Source: Macrostomum lignano
Taxonomy: Eukaryota
Direction of reading: 5' to 3'
DNA length: 64,000 nt
NCBI GenBank assembly: GCA_002269645.1
Contig: NIVC01001589.1
Coordinates: 16,259-80,258 of the forward strand
Positions 11,201 to 23,695 of this stretch are shown here, in pieces (the first letter of the stretch is position 1; each line of letters starts with the position of its first letter). Under the pieces are notes generated by a model. The model ran no database searches, had not been told where the DNA came from, and worked only from the letters and a program-made list of their open reading frames with translations. The position numbers and the translations under genes are program-made.

Positions 11201-13259
11201 TCACGCCATGACTCGTGGTTCGAATCCTGTGCGGCCACATTCATTTGGACGATTCACACCTATGAAGGCCAACCCTTAGAACACAGACAGTGTACATGCC
11301 TGACGATTAGAAAACCAGGGTCTCTGTACACCCTGTGTGAGCGTGTGTACGAGTGCTGTGTCTGCGTACAGTATTGGCGCGCTTGTATGTGCTCACAATA
11401 GGGAGCCGTAGCCCAATGGTCCAGCGCGGCGCTCTGACGATCCAGCGGCCCAGGCTCGATTCCAAGTGCAGTCACATTAATTGTGAAGGCATATCACTTC
11501 AGTTCACTCACTCAAGGCACAGTGAAGTGTACACGCCTAACGATAAATAAAGTTAAGGCCGCTGTACACTCCTGTGTGAGTGTGTGCCTGTGCGTGTGAC
11601 TGCGTACGTATCCGCGCGCTTGAGTGCCTGCTCAGGGGAGTCGGCGGAATGGGCAGCAATGCCTCTTGCCGGTTGTGTGACAATGTCGCTTAAAGTGCGC
11701 CATGGTGCACGCAGCCCCCTGCTGCTAATAAAAACCTGTACATAATTGTAGAGGTGTGCTGTACATAACTGATGTGCTAGTGAAGGGCAGGGCCAGTGCA
11801 CTGATAGATAATTAAGGCTGCGGAAATAGTTGCATGCCTACTCCTACCTAGAAACCATTAACCCGATTAATCTCAGGCTGAGAGCGGCGACTCTGTCAAG
11901 CTGAAGCTTCGAGGCGTAGAAGAAGAAGAGGTCTCGCCCGGATTCGTTCTGTGCCACCAGCCGACTCCGTGTCACGTGACAGACATATTCGACGCCAAGA
12001 TAATGATTTTGGAGCACAAGTCGATCATATGCGCCGGATATTCGGCTGTTCTGCATCTGCACACCTGCGTTGAGGAGGTCAGCATTAAACTGTTGATTTG
12101 CATTCTGGATAAGAAGACTGGCGAGAAGCAACAGGTAATGAATTTTATAATTTAAGTAGCTTTTATCTACAATTTCCACTACTTCCCTACTGTTAGTAGC
12201 GTGTTGGCGATATAAATTTCTTTGTAATAAACTATAGGCAAGTTCACTAACTTTTCAATACTGATCCTAACCACAGACACTAAAATAACTAGATGGGCTA
12301 GTCAGGCACATATACTTAGTAAAACAGCTTTCTACTTTCAGTTCAGTAGCAAAGAAGAATACATAAGCTATTTTATAAAAATAAAGGCAGCTGAAATGAC
12401 TTTGATAAGTTTAGAAGCCTAAGCAGGCGTAAACAACTTGCTAATTGGTTTAGCAATAATGTAGTGTCCCGCATAGCAAAATTACGTATCCAATAGAAAG
12501 TGGGACGTCTCCGATACGTAACTTTTTTGGTTGCAGGAACGTCCTTGATACGTATCCAATTTTTATGATTCTCTAAAGAAGCTCGTTTCTACAAAAATGG
12601 TGGAATAAATAATCAATAAAATTACAAGCATTATCTGTTCACCATTTTTGTAGAAACGAGCTTCTTTAGAGAATCATAAAAATTGGATACGTATCAAGGA
12701 CGTTCCTGCAACCAAAAAATTTACGTATCGGAGACGTCCCACTTTCTATTGGATACGTAATTTTGCTATGCGGGTGTGAAAAGGTGCGGTTGGAGGGTTT
12801 AAGCTGGGGGGGGGGTAAGAGCCAATAGAGTCTTGGCTTTAAAAGTACAAAAGTGCTTCTGTTTAACTTACTACTGAACTGAAAGTAGTTTACATGCAAA
12901 TGTGCTGAGTGGCCCATCTAGTTATTCTAGTATGTGATTTCAACCTAAACCCCATTATAAGGCAGTCAAATGGCTTGCTTATCTATACCCCTTGATCCAC
13001 AAGAATGATCTTTTCGATTTTCAGCTTTCATCTTGTTTCCCATTTCATTCCTTATTTCATTCAGGTGCGGCCCAAGTTTCTCAAGCAGGACCAGCTGGCA
13101 GTTGTTCGGCTCCAGGTGAAAGGCGGCAACATCTGCGTAGAATGCTATTCGGAATTTCCCCAGATGGGCCGCGTCACCCTGCGCGACGAGGGTCGCACCG
13201 TTGCTATTGGCAACGTGGTGAAAATCCTGCCGCCAACTTCTAGCGTGTCAACAGATTAA
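5223..13259 (+). CDS. GSPT1: Eukaryotic peptide chain release factor eRF3 (GSPT/Sup35), 5 exons: 5223-5613, 9824-10182, 10596-11138, 11877-12134, 13065-13259
   Basis: N-terminal PAM2-like motifs, G1 GHVDAGKST, DAPGH, NKMD, EEEEVSPGFVLC, ILEHKSIICAGYSAVLHLH, FPQMGRVTLRDEG. All four introns are GT-AG with compatible phases. Exon 4 was read by hand and is not in the ORF track. Confidence 0.95.
6204..6373. mobile_element. hAT-type MITE (170 bp)
   Basis: TIRs CAGTGGCGCAACTAG / CTGGTTGCGCTACTG; flanking 8-mers GAATTAGT and GAATTAGG (7/8 match, TSD). Confidence 0.8.
6441..7040. mobile_element. Possible degenerate non-autonomous DNA transposon with subterminal TTCGCC(G/A)AA repeats
   Basis: Clusters of TTGGCGAA/TTCGGCGAA on the left and inverted TTCGCCGAA/TTCGCCAA on the right; imperfect termini, no clear TSD. 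Confidence 0.4.
7178..8290 (+). repeat. ~210-bp AT-rich direct duplication (about 7178-7390 and 8072-8290) in eRF3 intron 1
   Basis: Near-identical blocks beginning ATATTTCTCTTAACTATTTCTCAGCCTTTCAAAATGAATAAGTTGC. Confidence 0.8.
8296..9126. mobile_element. Tc1/mariner-type non-autonomous element with ~255-bp TIRs and TA TSD
   Basis: TA|CAAGGGGTGTCCC ... GGGACACCCCTCG|TA; 8296-8555 is the reverse complement of 8873-9126 with few mismatches. Confidence 0.85.
10279..10453 (+). repeat. 40-bp minisatellite, ~4.3 copies, eRF3 intron 2
   Basis: CCCAGGCTTAATCCCGAATCC... recurs at 10281, 10321, 10361, 10401 and 10441. Confidence 0.9.
11163..11315 (+). mobile_element. tRNA-derived SINE-like copy 1
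   Basis: A-box-like CAGCTCAGTGGT and B-box GGTTCGAATCC; 3' end AGTGTACATGCCTGACGAT shared with copy 2; no full tRNA cloverleaf. Confidence 0.55.
11401..11552 (+). mobile_element. tRNA-derived SINE-like copy 2
   Basis: A-box-like TAGCCCAATGGT, B-box-like GGCTCGATTCC, tail AGTGTACACGCCTAACGATAAATAAA. Confidence 0.5.
12468..12774. mobile_element. Palindromic MITE (307 bp; ~135-bp arms, ~37-bp spacer), CCC...GGG termini, 3-bp TGT TSD
   Basis: CCCGCATAGCAAAATTACGTATCC... and ...GGATACGTAATTTTGCTATGCGGG are near-perfect inverted arms; TGT flanks both ends. Confidence 0.85.
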
Positions 13260-14535
13260 GCTTGAGCGCGCCCGGCTCAATTTGTCAGTTTGTTGTTGGC
13301 ACTAATTCAAATTAACTTCCGTGTTAAATTGTTTGCGCTTGTTGAAACTGTGTGCGTGTCTGCAGACATTGCAAAAGTCATTCATACATTTTTCGCTTGT
13401 TTATTTTTTTGGTGGGAAAAATTCTACGCTAAATCAGCAAGTAGCACGCTTTACTCAGCTTCTATCGAAATTGTCTCTGAGTTTCTTGGTTGACTCTGTT
13501 TGTACCCATCTATGCTAGTAGCTGACCTATTTTCTCGCCTAAATTGATTTTCAAAGCACGTTGCAAAAGTTTAAGAATTGCAAAAAATATTGTTTCATCA
13601 TACTACTACTATTAACCCATTGATAACGTTGCAAACGGCTTTAAAAACAACTCTGGGGCGACCTCTTGTGACCTTTTAATGACCCAATCGACTGTAATGC
13701 GACGGAGAGTCGATTGTTGAATCACGAGTTCATCGCGTGAGTTGTAGAGTCGTAGGAGTCGCAAAAAAGTGTCGTTGTATTGGCACTTAATTTCTATCAA
13801 CTGTGACGCAGATGTGCTTTAGACGCAATTAGAGTCGTTATAGAGTCGTCTAGATTCACTTCTTTCCTATTTTGTCTGTGTTCCCTGCAACGACTCTGGG
13901 ATGCTTCTTGGCCTAGGTACCGTTTGCATCGGGTAAGCCACTTCTATAATAAGATCTAGTACGATCCGCTCACAGTCCACACGCGAACGCAGACACGTTT
14001 TACTATGGCATTGCCTTGTGCTCACCTTGTCCCGATGTACTTCATGGAAACTTCCTTCCTGAACCACTTGGACTGGAAGCTTATAATGGAGATATCATGC
14101 CGCTTTCCCAGTTTGGATGGAGTCTGACAATAAAAGCTTGTGTTTTTTTCGATTCTTTAAATGCTATTCCCCGCTCTCCTGCTAGATGCTGTGGCGGTGC
14201 CTGGTTGACTGCCACTGTAATCGCTACCTTGCACTAAACCAATTTTTATGTTCACCCTACTGTTTCATGTGTTTGATCCGTATATTATACATATATTACT
14301 GTTGTTGAAATTAAGAGCAAGTGAAATATAAAAAAGGTTTGAAAGTTTCGCTACTGACTACTGACCAGCAGATGGCTTGAGCGCATCTGGACTGAACGGG
14401 TGTCAGCTAGTGGCGTTTGTGAGCTTTTGATTTTTTCAGACGTTGGCTCAAATATTGTTTGCCATTTTTATTATATGCTTATTATCAGCTAGTACCGAAA
14501 TTTAGGGCTTGTTATATCCGGAATTTTGCACCGGA

Positions 14536-15685
14536 ATCTCAGATAGTTTAGAGTGCACCCTGCTATCTCAGACAGTTTAGAGTGCACCCTGCTATCTCAG
14601 ACAGTTTAGAGTGCACCCTGCTATCTCAGACAGTTTAGAGTGCATCCTGCTATCTCAGACAGTTTAGAGTGCACCCTGCTATCTCAGACAGTTTAGAGTG
14701 CACCCTGCTATCTCAGACAGTTTAGAGTGCACCCTGCTATCTCAGACTGTTTAGAGTGCACCCTGCTATCTCAGACAGTTTAGAGTGCACCCTGCTATCT
14801 CAGACAGTTTAGAGTGCATCCTGCTATCTCAGACAGTTTAGAGTGCACCCTGCTATCTCAGACAGTTTAGAGTGCACCCTGCTATCTCAGACAGTTTAGA
14901 GTGCATCCTGCTATCTCAGACAGTTTAGAGTGCACCCTGCTATCTCAGACAGTTTAGAGTGCATCCTGTTATCTCAGATAGTTTAGAGTGCACCCTGCTA
15001 TCTCAGACAGTTTAGAGTGCATCCTGTTATCTCAGATAGTTTAGAGTGCACCCTGCTATCTCAGACAGTTTAGAGTGCATCCTGCTATCTCAGACAGTTT
15101 AGAGTGCATCCTGCTATCTCAGACAGTTTAGAGTGCATCCTGCTATCTCAGATAGTTTAGAGTGCACCCTGTTATCTCAGACAGTTTAGAGTTCACCCTG
15201 TTATCTGAGACAGTTTCGAGTTCACCCTGTTATCTGAGACAGTTTAGAGTGCACCCTGTTATCTGAGACAGTTTAGAGTTCACCCTGTTATCTGAGACAG
15301 TTTAGAGTTCACCCTGTTATCTGAGACAGTTTAGAGTTCACCCTGTTATCTGAGACAGTTTAGAGTTCACCCTGTTATCTGAGACAGTTTAGAGTTCACC
15401 CTGTTATCTGAGACAGTTTAGAGTTCACCCTGTTATCTGAGACAGTTTAGAGTTCACCCTGTTATCTGAGACAGTTTAGAGTTCACCCTGTTATCTGAGA
15501 CAGTTTAGAGTTCACCTTGTTATCTGAGACAGTTTAGAGTTCACCCTGTTATCTGAGACAGTTTAGAGTTCACCCTGTTATCTGAGACAGTTTAGAGTTC
15601 ACCCTGCTATCTCAGACAGTTTAGAGTTCACCCTGTTATCTCAGACAGTTTAGAGTGCACCCTGCTATTTGAGACAGTTTAGAGT
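14536..15685 (+). repeat. 29-bp tandem repeat (~39 copies) immediately upstream of NOP56
   Basis: Unit ATCTCAGACAGTTTAGAGTGCACCCTGCT, changing to ATCTGAGACAGTTTAGAGTTCACCCTGTT after ~15190. Confidence 0.95.
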
Positions 15686-15845
15686 TTGCCCTGTAATCCC
15701 CCCCGACAGTCAAAAGTACAGCCTGTTATTTCATTCGTCTAAAGTACATCGAGTCCTCTATTTTTAATGATTAGTATTCCCAGGCATGCACAATAGGCCA
15801 ATAGCTATCAGTCAGCAATTATGCAACAACCCCCGCAGAGCAGCA

Positions 15846-18800
15846 ATGTCGGCAGAGCCGGTCTACCTGCTATTCGAGCACGCCAGCGGTTACGCGCTGC
15901 TCCAGGTGAAAGAGACAGAAGAGCTGGGCTTAATCTCAGCCCAGGCCGAGGCCGCCGGCTCCGATGTTGGCAAATTCAATTCGCTAGTCAAGCTGGTCGC
16001 CTACTCGCCGTTCAAGAGCTCCCTGTCCGCGCTAGAGAACGGCAACGCCATCTCCGAGGGCGTGTTGCACGAGGAATTGCGCGCATTTCTGCAGAACAAT
16101 CTGCCCAAAACTGGCAAGCCGCTTCTTGGGGTTGGCCACTCTAAGCTGGCCGACTCCATCAAGGAGGAGCTGGGCGTCCGCTGCAGCGCCGCCGGCTCAT
16201 TTCCCGAGCTGACCCGCTGCTGCCGCCAGCACTTCCCTAAGCTGGTGCGCGGCCTGTCGCTAGTGGCTGAGAACAAGGCCCAGATTGGCCTGGCCCACGG
16301 CTACAGCCGAGCCAAGCTCAAGTTCAATGTGAACCGAGCCGATAACATGATTATACAGGCCATTAACCTGCTGGACCAGCTGGATAAGGACATCAATACC
16401 TTTGCTATGCGCGTTCGAGAATGGTTCGTTTCTATTCAGACTGCCCCATCCCAATACAAGTAGATTCCCTTTGATCAGCCACTGCCAAATCCCAATAGAT
16501 TCCCTTTGATCAGCCACTGCCAAATCCCAATAGACCCCTTTGATCAGCCACTGCCAAATCCCAATAGATCAGATCCCCTTTGATCAGCCACTGCCAAATC
16601 CCAATAGATCAGACCCCCTTTGATCAGCCACTGCCAAATCCCAATAGATTCCCTTTGATCAGCCACTGCCAAATCCCAATAGATCCCCTTTGATCTGCCA
16701 CTGTTAAATCCTAATAGATCCCTTTGATCAGCCACTGCCAAATCCCAATAGACCCCATTTGATCAGCCACTGCCAAATCCCAATAGATTCCCTTTGATCT
16801 GCCACTGTTAAATCCTAATAGATCCCCTTTGATCTGCCACTGTTAAATCCTAATAGATCCCCTTTGATCTGCCACTGCCAAATCCCAATAGATTCCCTTT
16901 GATCAGCCACTGCCCCATCCCAATACAAGTAGATCCCATTTGATCAGTCACTGCCAAATCCCAATAGATTCCCTTTGATCAGCCACTGCCAAATCCCAAT
17001 AGATTCCCTTTGATCAGTCACTGCCAAATTCCAATAGATTCCCTTTGATCAGCCACTGCCAAATCCCAATAGATTCCCTTTGATCAGCCACTGCCAAATC
17101 CCAATAGATCCCCTTTGATCAGCCAGTGCCAAATCCCAATAGATTCCCTTTGATCAGCCAGTGCCAAATCCCAATAGATTTCTTTTGATCAGCCACTGCC
17201 AAATCCCAATAGATTCCCTTTGATCAGCCACTGCCAAATCCCAATAGATTCCCTTTGATCAGTCACTGCCAAATCCCAATAGATTCCCTTTGATCAGCCA
17301 CTGCCAAATCCCAATAGATCCCCTTTGATCAGCCACTGCCAAATCCCAATAGATCCCCTTTGATCAGCCGCTGCCAAATCCCAATAGATCCCCTTTGATC
17401 AGCCACTGCCAAATCCCAATAGATTCCCTTTGATCTGCCACTGTTAAATCCTAATAGATCCCCTTTGATCTGCCACTGTTAAATCCTAATAGATCCCCTT
17501 TGATCTGCCACTGCCAAATCCCAATAGATTCCCTTTGATCAGCCACTGCCCCATCCCAATACAAGTAGATCCCATTTGATCAGTCACTGCCAAATCCCAA
17601 TAGATTCCCTTTGATCAGCCACTGCCAAATCCCAATAGATTCCCTTTGATCAGTCACTGCCAAATTCCAACAGATTCCCTTTGATCAGCCACTGCCAGAT
17701 CCCAATAGATTCCCTTTGATCAGCCACTGCCAAATCCCAATAGATCCCCTTTGATCAGCCACTGCCAAATCCCAATAGATTCCCTTTGATCAGCCACTGC
17801 CAAATCCCAATAGATCAGATCCCCTTTGATCAGCCACTGCCAAATCCCAATAGATCAGATCCCCTTTGATCATCCACTGCCAAATCCCAATAGATCAGAT
17901 CCCCTTTGATCATCCACTGCCAAATCCCAATAGATCAGATCCCCTTTGATCAGCCGCTGCCAAATCCCAATAGATCCCCTTTGATCAGCCACTGCCAAAT
18001 CCCAATAGATCAGATCCCCTTTGATCAGCCACTGCCAAATCCCAATAGATCCCCTTTGATCAGCCACTGCCAAATCCCAATAGATTCCCTTTGATCAGCC
18101 ACTGCCAAATCCCAATAGATCAGATCCCCTTTGATCAGCCACTGCCAAATCCCAATAGATCAGATCCCCTTTGATCAGCCACTGCCAAATCCCAATAGAT
18201 CCCCTTTGATCAGCCGCTGCCAAATCCCAATAGATCCCCTTTGATCAGCCGCTGCCAAATCCCAATAGATTTCTTTTGATCAGCCACTGCCAAATCCCAA
18301 TAGATTCCCTTTGATCAGCCACTGCCAAATCCCAATAGATTCCCTTTGATCAGTCACTGCCAAATCTCAATAGATTCCCTTTGATCAGCCACTGCCAAAT
18401 CCCAATAGATCCCCTTTGATCAGCCACTGCCAAATCCCAATAGATCAGATCCCCTTTGATCAGCCACTGCCAAATCCCAATAGATCCCCTTTGATCAGCC
18501 ACTGCCAAATCCCAATAGATTTCTTTTGATCAGCCACTGCCAAATCCCAATAGATTCCCTTTGATCAGTCACTGCCAAATCTTAATAGACCCCTTTGATC
18601 AGCCACTGCCAAATCCCAATAGATCAGATCCACTTTGATCAGCCACTGCCAAATCCCAATAGATCAGATCCCCTTTGATCAGCCACTGCCAAATCCCAAT
18701 AGATCCCCTTTGATCAGCCACTGCCAAATCCCAATAGATCCCCTTTGATCAGCCACTGCCAAATCCCAATAGATCCCCTTTGATCAGCCGCTGCCTAATC

Positions 18801-21767
18801 CCAATAGATCCCCTTTGATCAGCCGCTGCCAAATCCCAATAGACCCCTTTGATCAGCCACTGCCAAATCCCAATAGATCAGATCCCCTTTGATCAGCCAC
18901 TGCCAAATCCCAATAGATCAGATCCCCTTTGATCAGCCACTGCCAAATCCCAATAGATCAGATCCCCTTTGATCAGCCACTGCCAAATCCCAATAGATCA
19001 GATCCCCTTTGATCAGCCACTGCCAAATCCCAATAGATCCCCTTTGATCAGCCACTGCCAAATCCCAATAGATTCCCTTTGATCATCCACTGCCAAATCC
19101 CAATAGATCAGATCCCCTTTGATCAGCCACTGCCAAATCCCAATAGATCAGATCCCCTTTGATCAGCCACTGCCAAATCCCAATAGATCAGATCCCCTTT
19201 GATCAGCCACTGCCAAATCCCAATAGATCAGATCCCCTTTGATCAGCCGCTGCCAAATCCCAATAGATCAGATCCCCTTTGATCAGCCACTGCCAAATCC
19301 CAATAGATCAGATCCCCTTTGATCAGCCACTGCCAAATCCCAATAGATCAGATCCCCTTTGATCAGCCACTGCCAAATCCCAATAGATTCCCTTTGATCA
19401 GCCACTGCCAAATCCCAATAGATCCCCTTTGATCAGCCACTGCCAAATCCCAATAGATTCCCTTTGATCAGCCACTGCCAAATCCCAATAGATCCCCTTT
19501 GATCAGCCACTGCCAAATCCCAATAGATCCCCTTTGATCAGCCACTGCCAAATCCCAATAGATCCCCTTTGATCAGCCGCTGCCAAATCCCAATAGATCC
19601 CCTTTGATCAGCCACTGCCAAATCCCAATAGATCCCCTTTGATCAGCCACTGCCAAATCCCAATAGATCCCCTTTGATCAGCCGCTGCCAAATCCCAATA
19701 GATCCCCTTTGATCAGCCACTGCCAAATCCCAATAGATTCCCTTTGATCAGCCACTGCCAAATCCCAATAGATCCCCTTTGATCAGCCACTGCCAAATCC
19801 CAATAGATCCCCTTTGATCAGCCACTGCCAAATCCCAATAGATCCCCTTTGATCAGCCGCTGCCAAATCCCAATAGATCCCCTTTGATCAGCCGCTGCCA
19901 AATCCCAATAGATCCCCTTTGATCAGCCGCTGCCAAATCCCAATAGATCCCCTTTGATCAGCCGCTGCCAAATCCCAATGAATTTATCCTATTCCTATCC
20001 CGTGTACCTAGCCCATCACAATGGGTTATTTAAAAGCCACTGCAAGCTGTCAATCAAATGAGCAGTAATACTCACTCACTCACCCTCTGTGCAGGTACGG
20101 CTACCATTTCCCAGAACTGGTCCGCCTGGTGACGGACAATCCAACCTACGTGGCCGTGGCCTCGTACGTAGGCGATCGCAAGCAGTACTTAGCCGAGCCC
20201 AAGCCTGACGAACTCGAGGCCATTGTGCAGGACACAGCCAAGGCCGAGGCTATTCACGACGCTATGCGCTCCTCAATGGGCATGGACATCTCCGAGATAG
20301 ATCTGGCCCAGATTCGGCACTTTGCCAGCCGGATTTCGGCTATGATCGGGCGCAGGCGCGAGCTGCACACCTATCTGATTGACAAGATGACTCAGGTGGC
20401 GCCTAATCTATCAACTCTGATTGGCGATCAGGTCGCTGCCAGGCTGATTGCCCACGCCGGCTCTCTGGTCAATCTGGCCAAATTTCCCGCCTCTACTGTG
20501 CAAATCCTTGGCGCCGAGAAGGCCCTGTTCCGGGCACTTAAAACTCGCGGCAATACGCCAAAGTACGGCCTGATCTTTCATTCCACCTTTATTGGCAAAG
20601 CGGCTCGCGAGCACAAGGGTCGGGTGTCTCGCTATCTGGCTAGCAAGGTTCGGATTTGATTAATCTGCTTTAGTGTGTTTGCTCTGCTACAGTCAGTACA
20701 GTATACTGGTTTCTGCGCATGCATTCGTCGTTTAGCCATCGGTTCTCTGTGTAGTTGCCACCGCAATAGCCGCAACGCCGCCCGCCCTTTAAAGACAGCT
20801 CCATCATTCCGAATCACAGATCCAGCTTCCCGAATCACAGCTCCATCATCCCCAATCGCAGCTCCATCATCCCCTATCACAGCTCCAGCATCCCCAATCA
20901 CAGCTCCATCATCCCGAATCACAGCTCCATCATCCCGAATCACAGCTCCATCATCCCCAATCACAGCTCCAGCATCCCCAATCACAGCTCAATCATCCCG
21001 AATCACAGCTCCAGCATCCCCAATCACAACTCCATCATCCTCAATCACAGCTCCATCATCCCCAATCACAACTCCATCATCCCCAATCACAACTCCATCA
21101 TCCCCAATCACAACTCCAGCATCCCCAATCACAGCTCCATCATCCCCAATCACAGCTCCATCATCCCAAATGCCAGTCCCAGCATCCAGTGGGCTTTGCA
21201 CTTTCGTAAACCAGGGGGGTACATTGGACAGCTATCACCGCCCCGCCCGCCATTGCCCACCGTCAGGCGTCCATCGCTACCCGCATCGACGCATTCAGCG
21301 AGGTGCCAACGGGCGTATTCGGCGAGCACCTCCGCCGGCAGGTGGAAAACCGCCTGACCTTCCTGGCCAGCGGCGAGAATCCGCCAAAGAATGCCGAGGT
21401 GATGGCCGCCGCTGTTGTTGAAGCCGCGGCCGCCAGCACCCGCCTGTTGCGCAAGCTGAAACGCAAGGAGAAAAAGAAGAAGCGCGAACGGGACAGCCAG
21501 CTGGCCCAGCTAGCCCAGCCCGGCGTCGATGTCGACAACGGCGATGCGGACGCTGACGACGCCGCTGATGACCAGCTGCAAAAGCAGAAGAAAAATAAGA
21601 AAGCAAAGAAGCGATCGAAGAGCGTCTCATCTGAGCTGACAGCTGAGGGCAACGGCGATGCCACCGTCGATGTCGACGCTGCCGACGTCGACGGCGAGGC
21701 TCCGCCAGCCAAAAAGAAGAAGAAAAACAAGAAGAGCCGGCAGAGCGATGGAGTTGCGATCGTGTAG
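15846..21767 (+). CDS. NOP56: Nucleolar protein 56 (box C/D snoRNP), 3 exons: 15846-16423, 20095-20647, 21267-21767
   Basis: [56 protein letters not shown]|[45 protein letters not shown]|[12 protein letters not shown], lysine-rich tail; GT-AG phases are consistent. Confidence 0.95.
16440..19980 (+). repeat. 35/40-bp satellite filling NOP56 intron 1 (~3.5 kb)
   Basis: Unit AGATCCCCTTTGATCAGCCACTGCCAAATCCCAAT, with or without an extra GATCA. Confidence 0.95.
20796..21172 (+). repeat. 21-bp minisatellite in NOP56 intron 2
   Basis: Unit ATCACAGCTCCATCATCCCCA, ~18 copies. Confidence 0.95.
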
Positions 21768-22279
21768 TTAGACTTTGAGACCATTTTGATTAATTGGCAC
21801 AGGTGAACTTGGCTTGGATTGATAGCTGACCCCCAAACTCTCCAAGTATGTACATAGTATTTCTATCTACGGTATAATATATTTAGACCATGCAAAGCTC
21901 TCTGTGGCTATCATTTGGTCTATCAAGCGATCAGTTCTGTTGTTTGCACAGGAATTAGGGGAAAAATGTTTTAGCAATTCACTGTGCTATGACACTGCGC
22001 TTGAAATACATATTCAACAGCCATTTGAATTTGACAGGTAAACTGGTCTTGAGGGCTCCGCGTGGCCCTTCTAGCCTGGCATTTTTGGAATAATAAAAAA
22101 AAATAAGAGCGTAGTCGTGTTGTCTTTACTGTTTCAGTATGGTGTTGTTGGACGGCGGACGCGACAAATGCATCAGAAATCCCCTAGTCCAGGCGCGTCC
22201 AGGGCCCATCCTCTAAAGGTTGGCAAAAATGATGGCGTCCCTTAAGTAGGCGTCCTTTTGAATGGCGCCTCCGGTACTG

Positions 22280-22588
22280 GGGACACCCGTTACTGGTGCC
22301 TAGTAGTTGGAGCGTCAGACTCACGACTTGAAGGTCGGGGGTTCAATTCTCAACCCACTCAGAACAATTTGTGTCATTGAGCAAAACCTTAACTCTGCAG
22401 TGCTTCAGTTCATCCAGCTGTAAAATGGGTGCCAGCATTAGCTGGCGTAATTGAGGGTGTGTGGCGACCCCCCAGTCCTTGGACTGAACAGCCGTACGCA
22501 GCCTTCAGATGCGCCGCGCAATAGCTGCGGCTGAGCGGTCGGTGGGCTGTTGGCCATCGGGCAGGTGTAATCAATTATTATCATTATA
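22280..22588 (+). mobile_element. CORE-type tRNA-derived SINE
   Basis: B-box-like GGGTTCAATTC; TGTGTCATTGAGCAAAACCTTAACTCTGCAGTGCTTCAGTTCATCCAGCTGTAAAATGGG (22371-22429) resembles the MIR/CORE consensus as recalled; ATT-rich tail. Confidence 0.65.
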
Positions 22589-23559
22589 TTGGATCAGCAA
22601 CTCTCTGATTCCCAATGGTCGTGGAGCTCGAAAACCTAGATTCTGGTGAGCACCTCCTACTTCGAAGTATATGCACGAGTGCTGCCCCGGTACAGCAAGG
22701 AGACCTTCGAAGTTCGACCCGAAATTGGGGTGGTTTCGATTTCATTCTAAAAAATTATTAGTTTACAATTTGTGATAGATCGTGTAAATTTAAGCAAGAG
22801 ATCATGGAAATGGGTAGCACATTATTTTTGCCACTGGTGCACAGCTGCAAACATTTTGGCGCAGACATTGCGCTGGTTTATAGACGGGACATTCAAGGAT
22901 CGTGTCGCCATTTTGAGCAACTCTTCACAATTTTTATACAGGCCCTAATGATGCATAACGATCCCCGAGAATGCCAATATACTCTTAGCTTTTAATTGTA
23001 CCTAAAAAAGAGTCCATAAATTATTATCATGAATCATTAGGCACCAACAGTTCTTACTGGGCTTCGAAGCCGCTCTTTGCATGGCTGTCTCTGCGATCAA
23101 ACATCCAGGCGTCCAGGCGTCGTGCAGTGTTGCTACGTAATTATTCAAATTCTGCGCAAATGCGCAAAAAATGAAAGAACCCCCAAACCTGATTCAAATG
23201 AGATAGTCACCCCACCCCGTATGCTCCACCCCACACTCCATCCCACGCGTCACTCTAGGCTCCGCTGCAGCAATCAAATCATTCACTGGCGTACTTTTAA
23301 CGGTTCTGCCTGCAGCGTAGCGTTGTTTTCAAACGCAACAGTCTCTTGTAATACTATTGCTTCAAGCCCAAAATGAGAATATTCTATACAATACTTGTCG
23401 ACATTTTTGTTTGTCTTCGAAGCAAGGAGTACTCAAGTAGGATGGGAAACTGCGGTTCTTGGAAATTTTTACGAGGCAGGTTTTACTTGGTTTTACTTTA
23501 CTTTTACATGGAGTTTCTCTTTTTTGAGCACAAATTTTGTGCGGTCTGGTGATGGTGAC

Positions 23560-23638
<79 letters not shown>

Positions 23639-23662
23639 CAGTCTGTCTGTCTGTCTGTCTGC

Positions 23663-23689
<27 letters not shown>
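23560..23689 (+). repeat. (TGTC)n microsatellite
   Basis: Directly visible. Confidence 0.95.

Positions 23690-23695
<6 letters not shown>

Noticed and set aside
11163-11470. Functional tRNA genes
   Set aside because: A/B-box-like motifs are present, but the acceptor and anticodon stems do not fold; better explained as SINE heads.
14536-19980. CRISPR-like arrays
   Set aside because: The repeats are contiguous with no unique spacers; the context is eukaryotic and there are no cas genes.
16424-21266. Intronic box C/D snoRNAs expected in NOP56
   Set aside because: No convincing RTGATGA...CTGA pair with a terminal stem in the non-repeat parts of the introns, by eye.
20632-21421. Repetitive ORFs (ITAPSSP)n and (GAVIGDD)n
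   Set aside because: Translations of the 21-bp intronic minisatellite.
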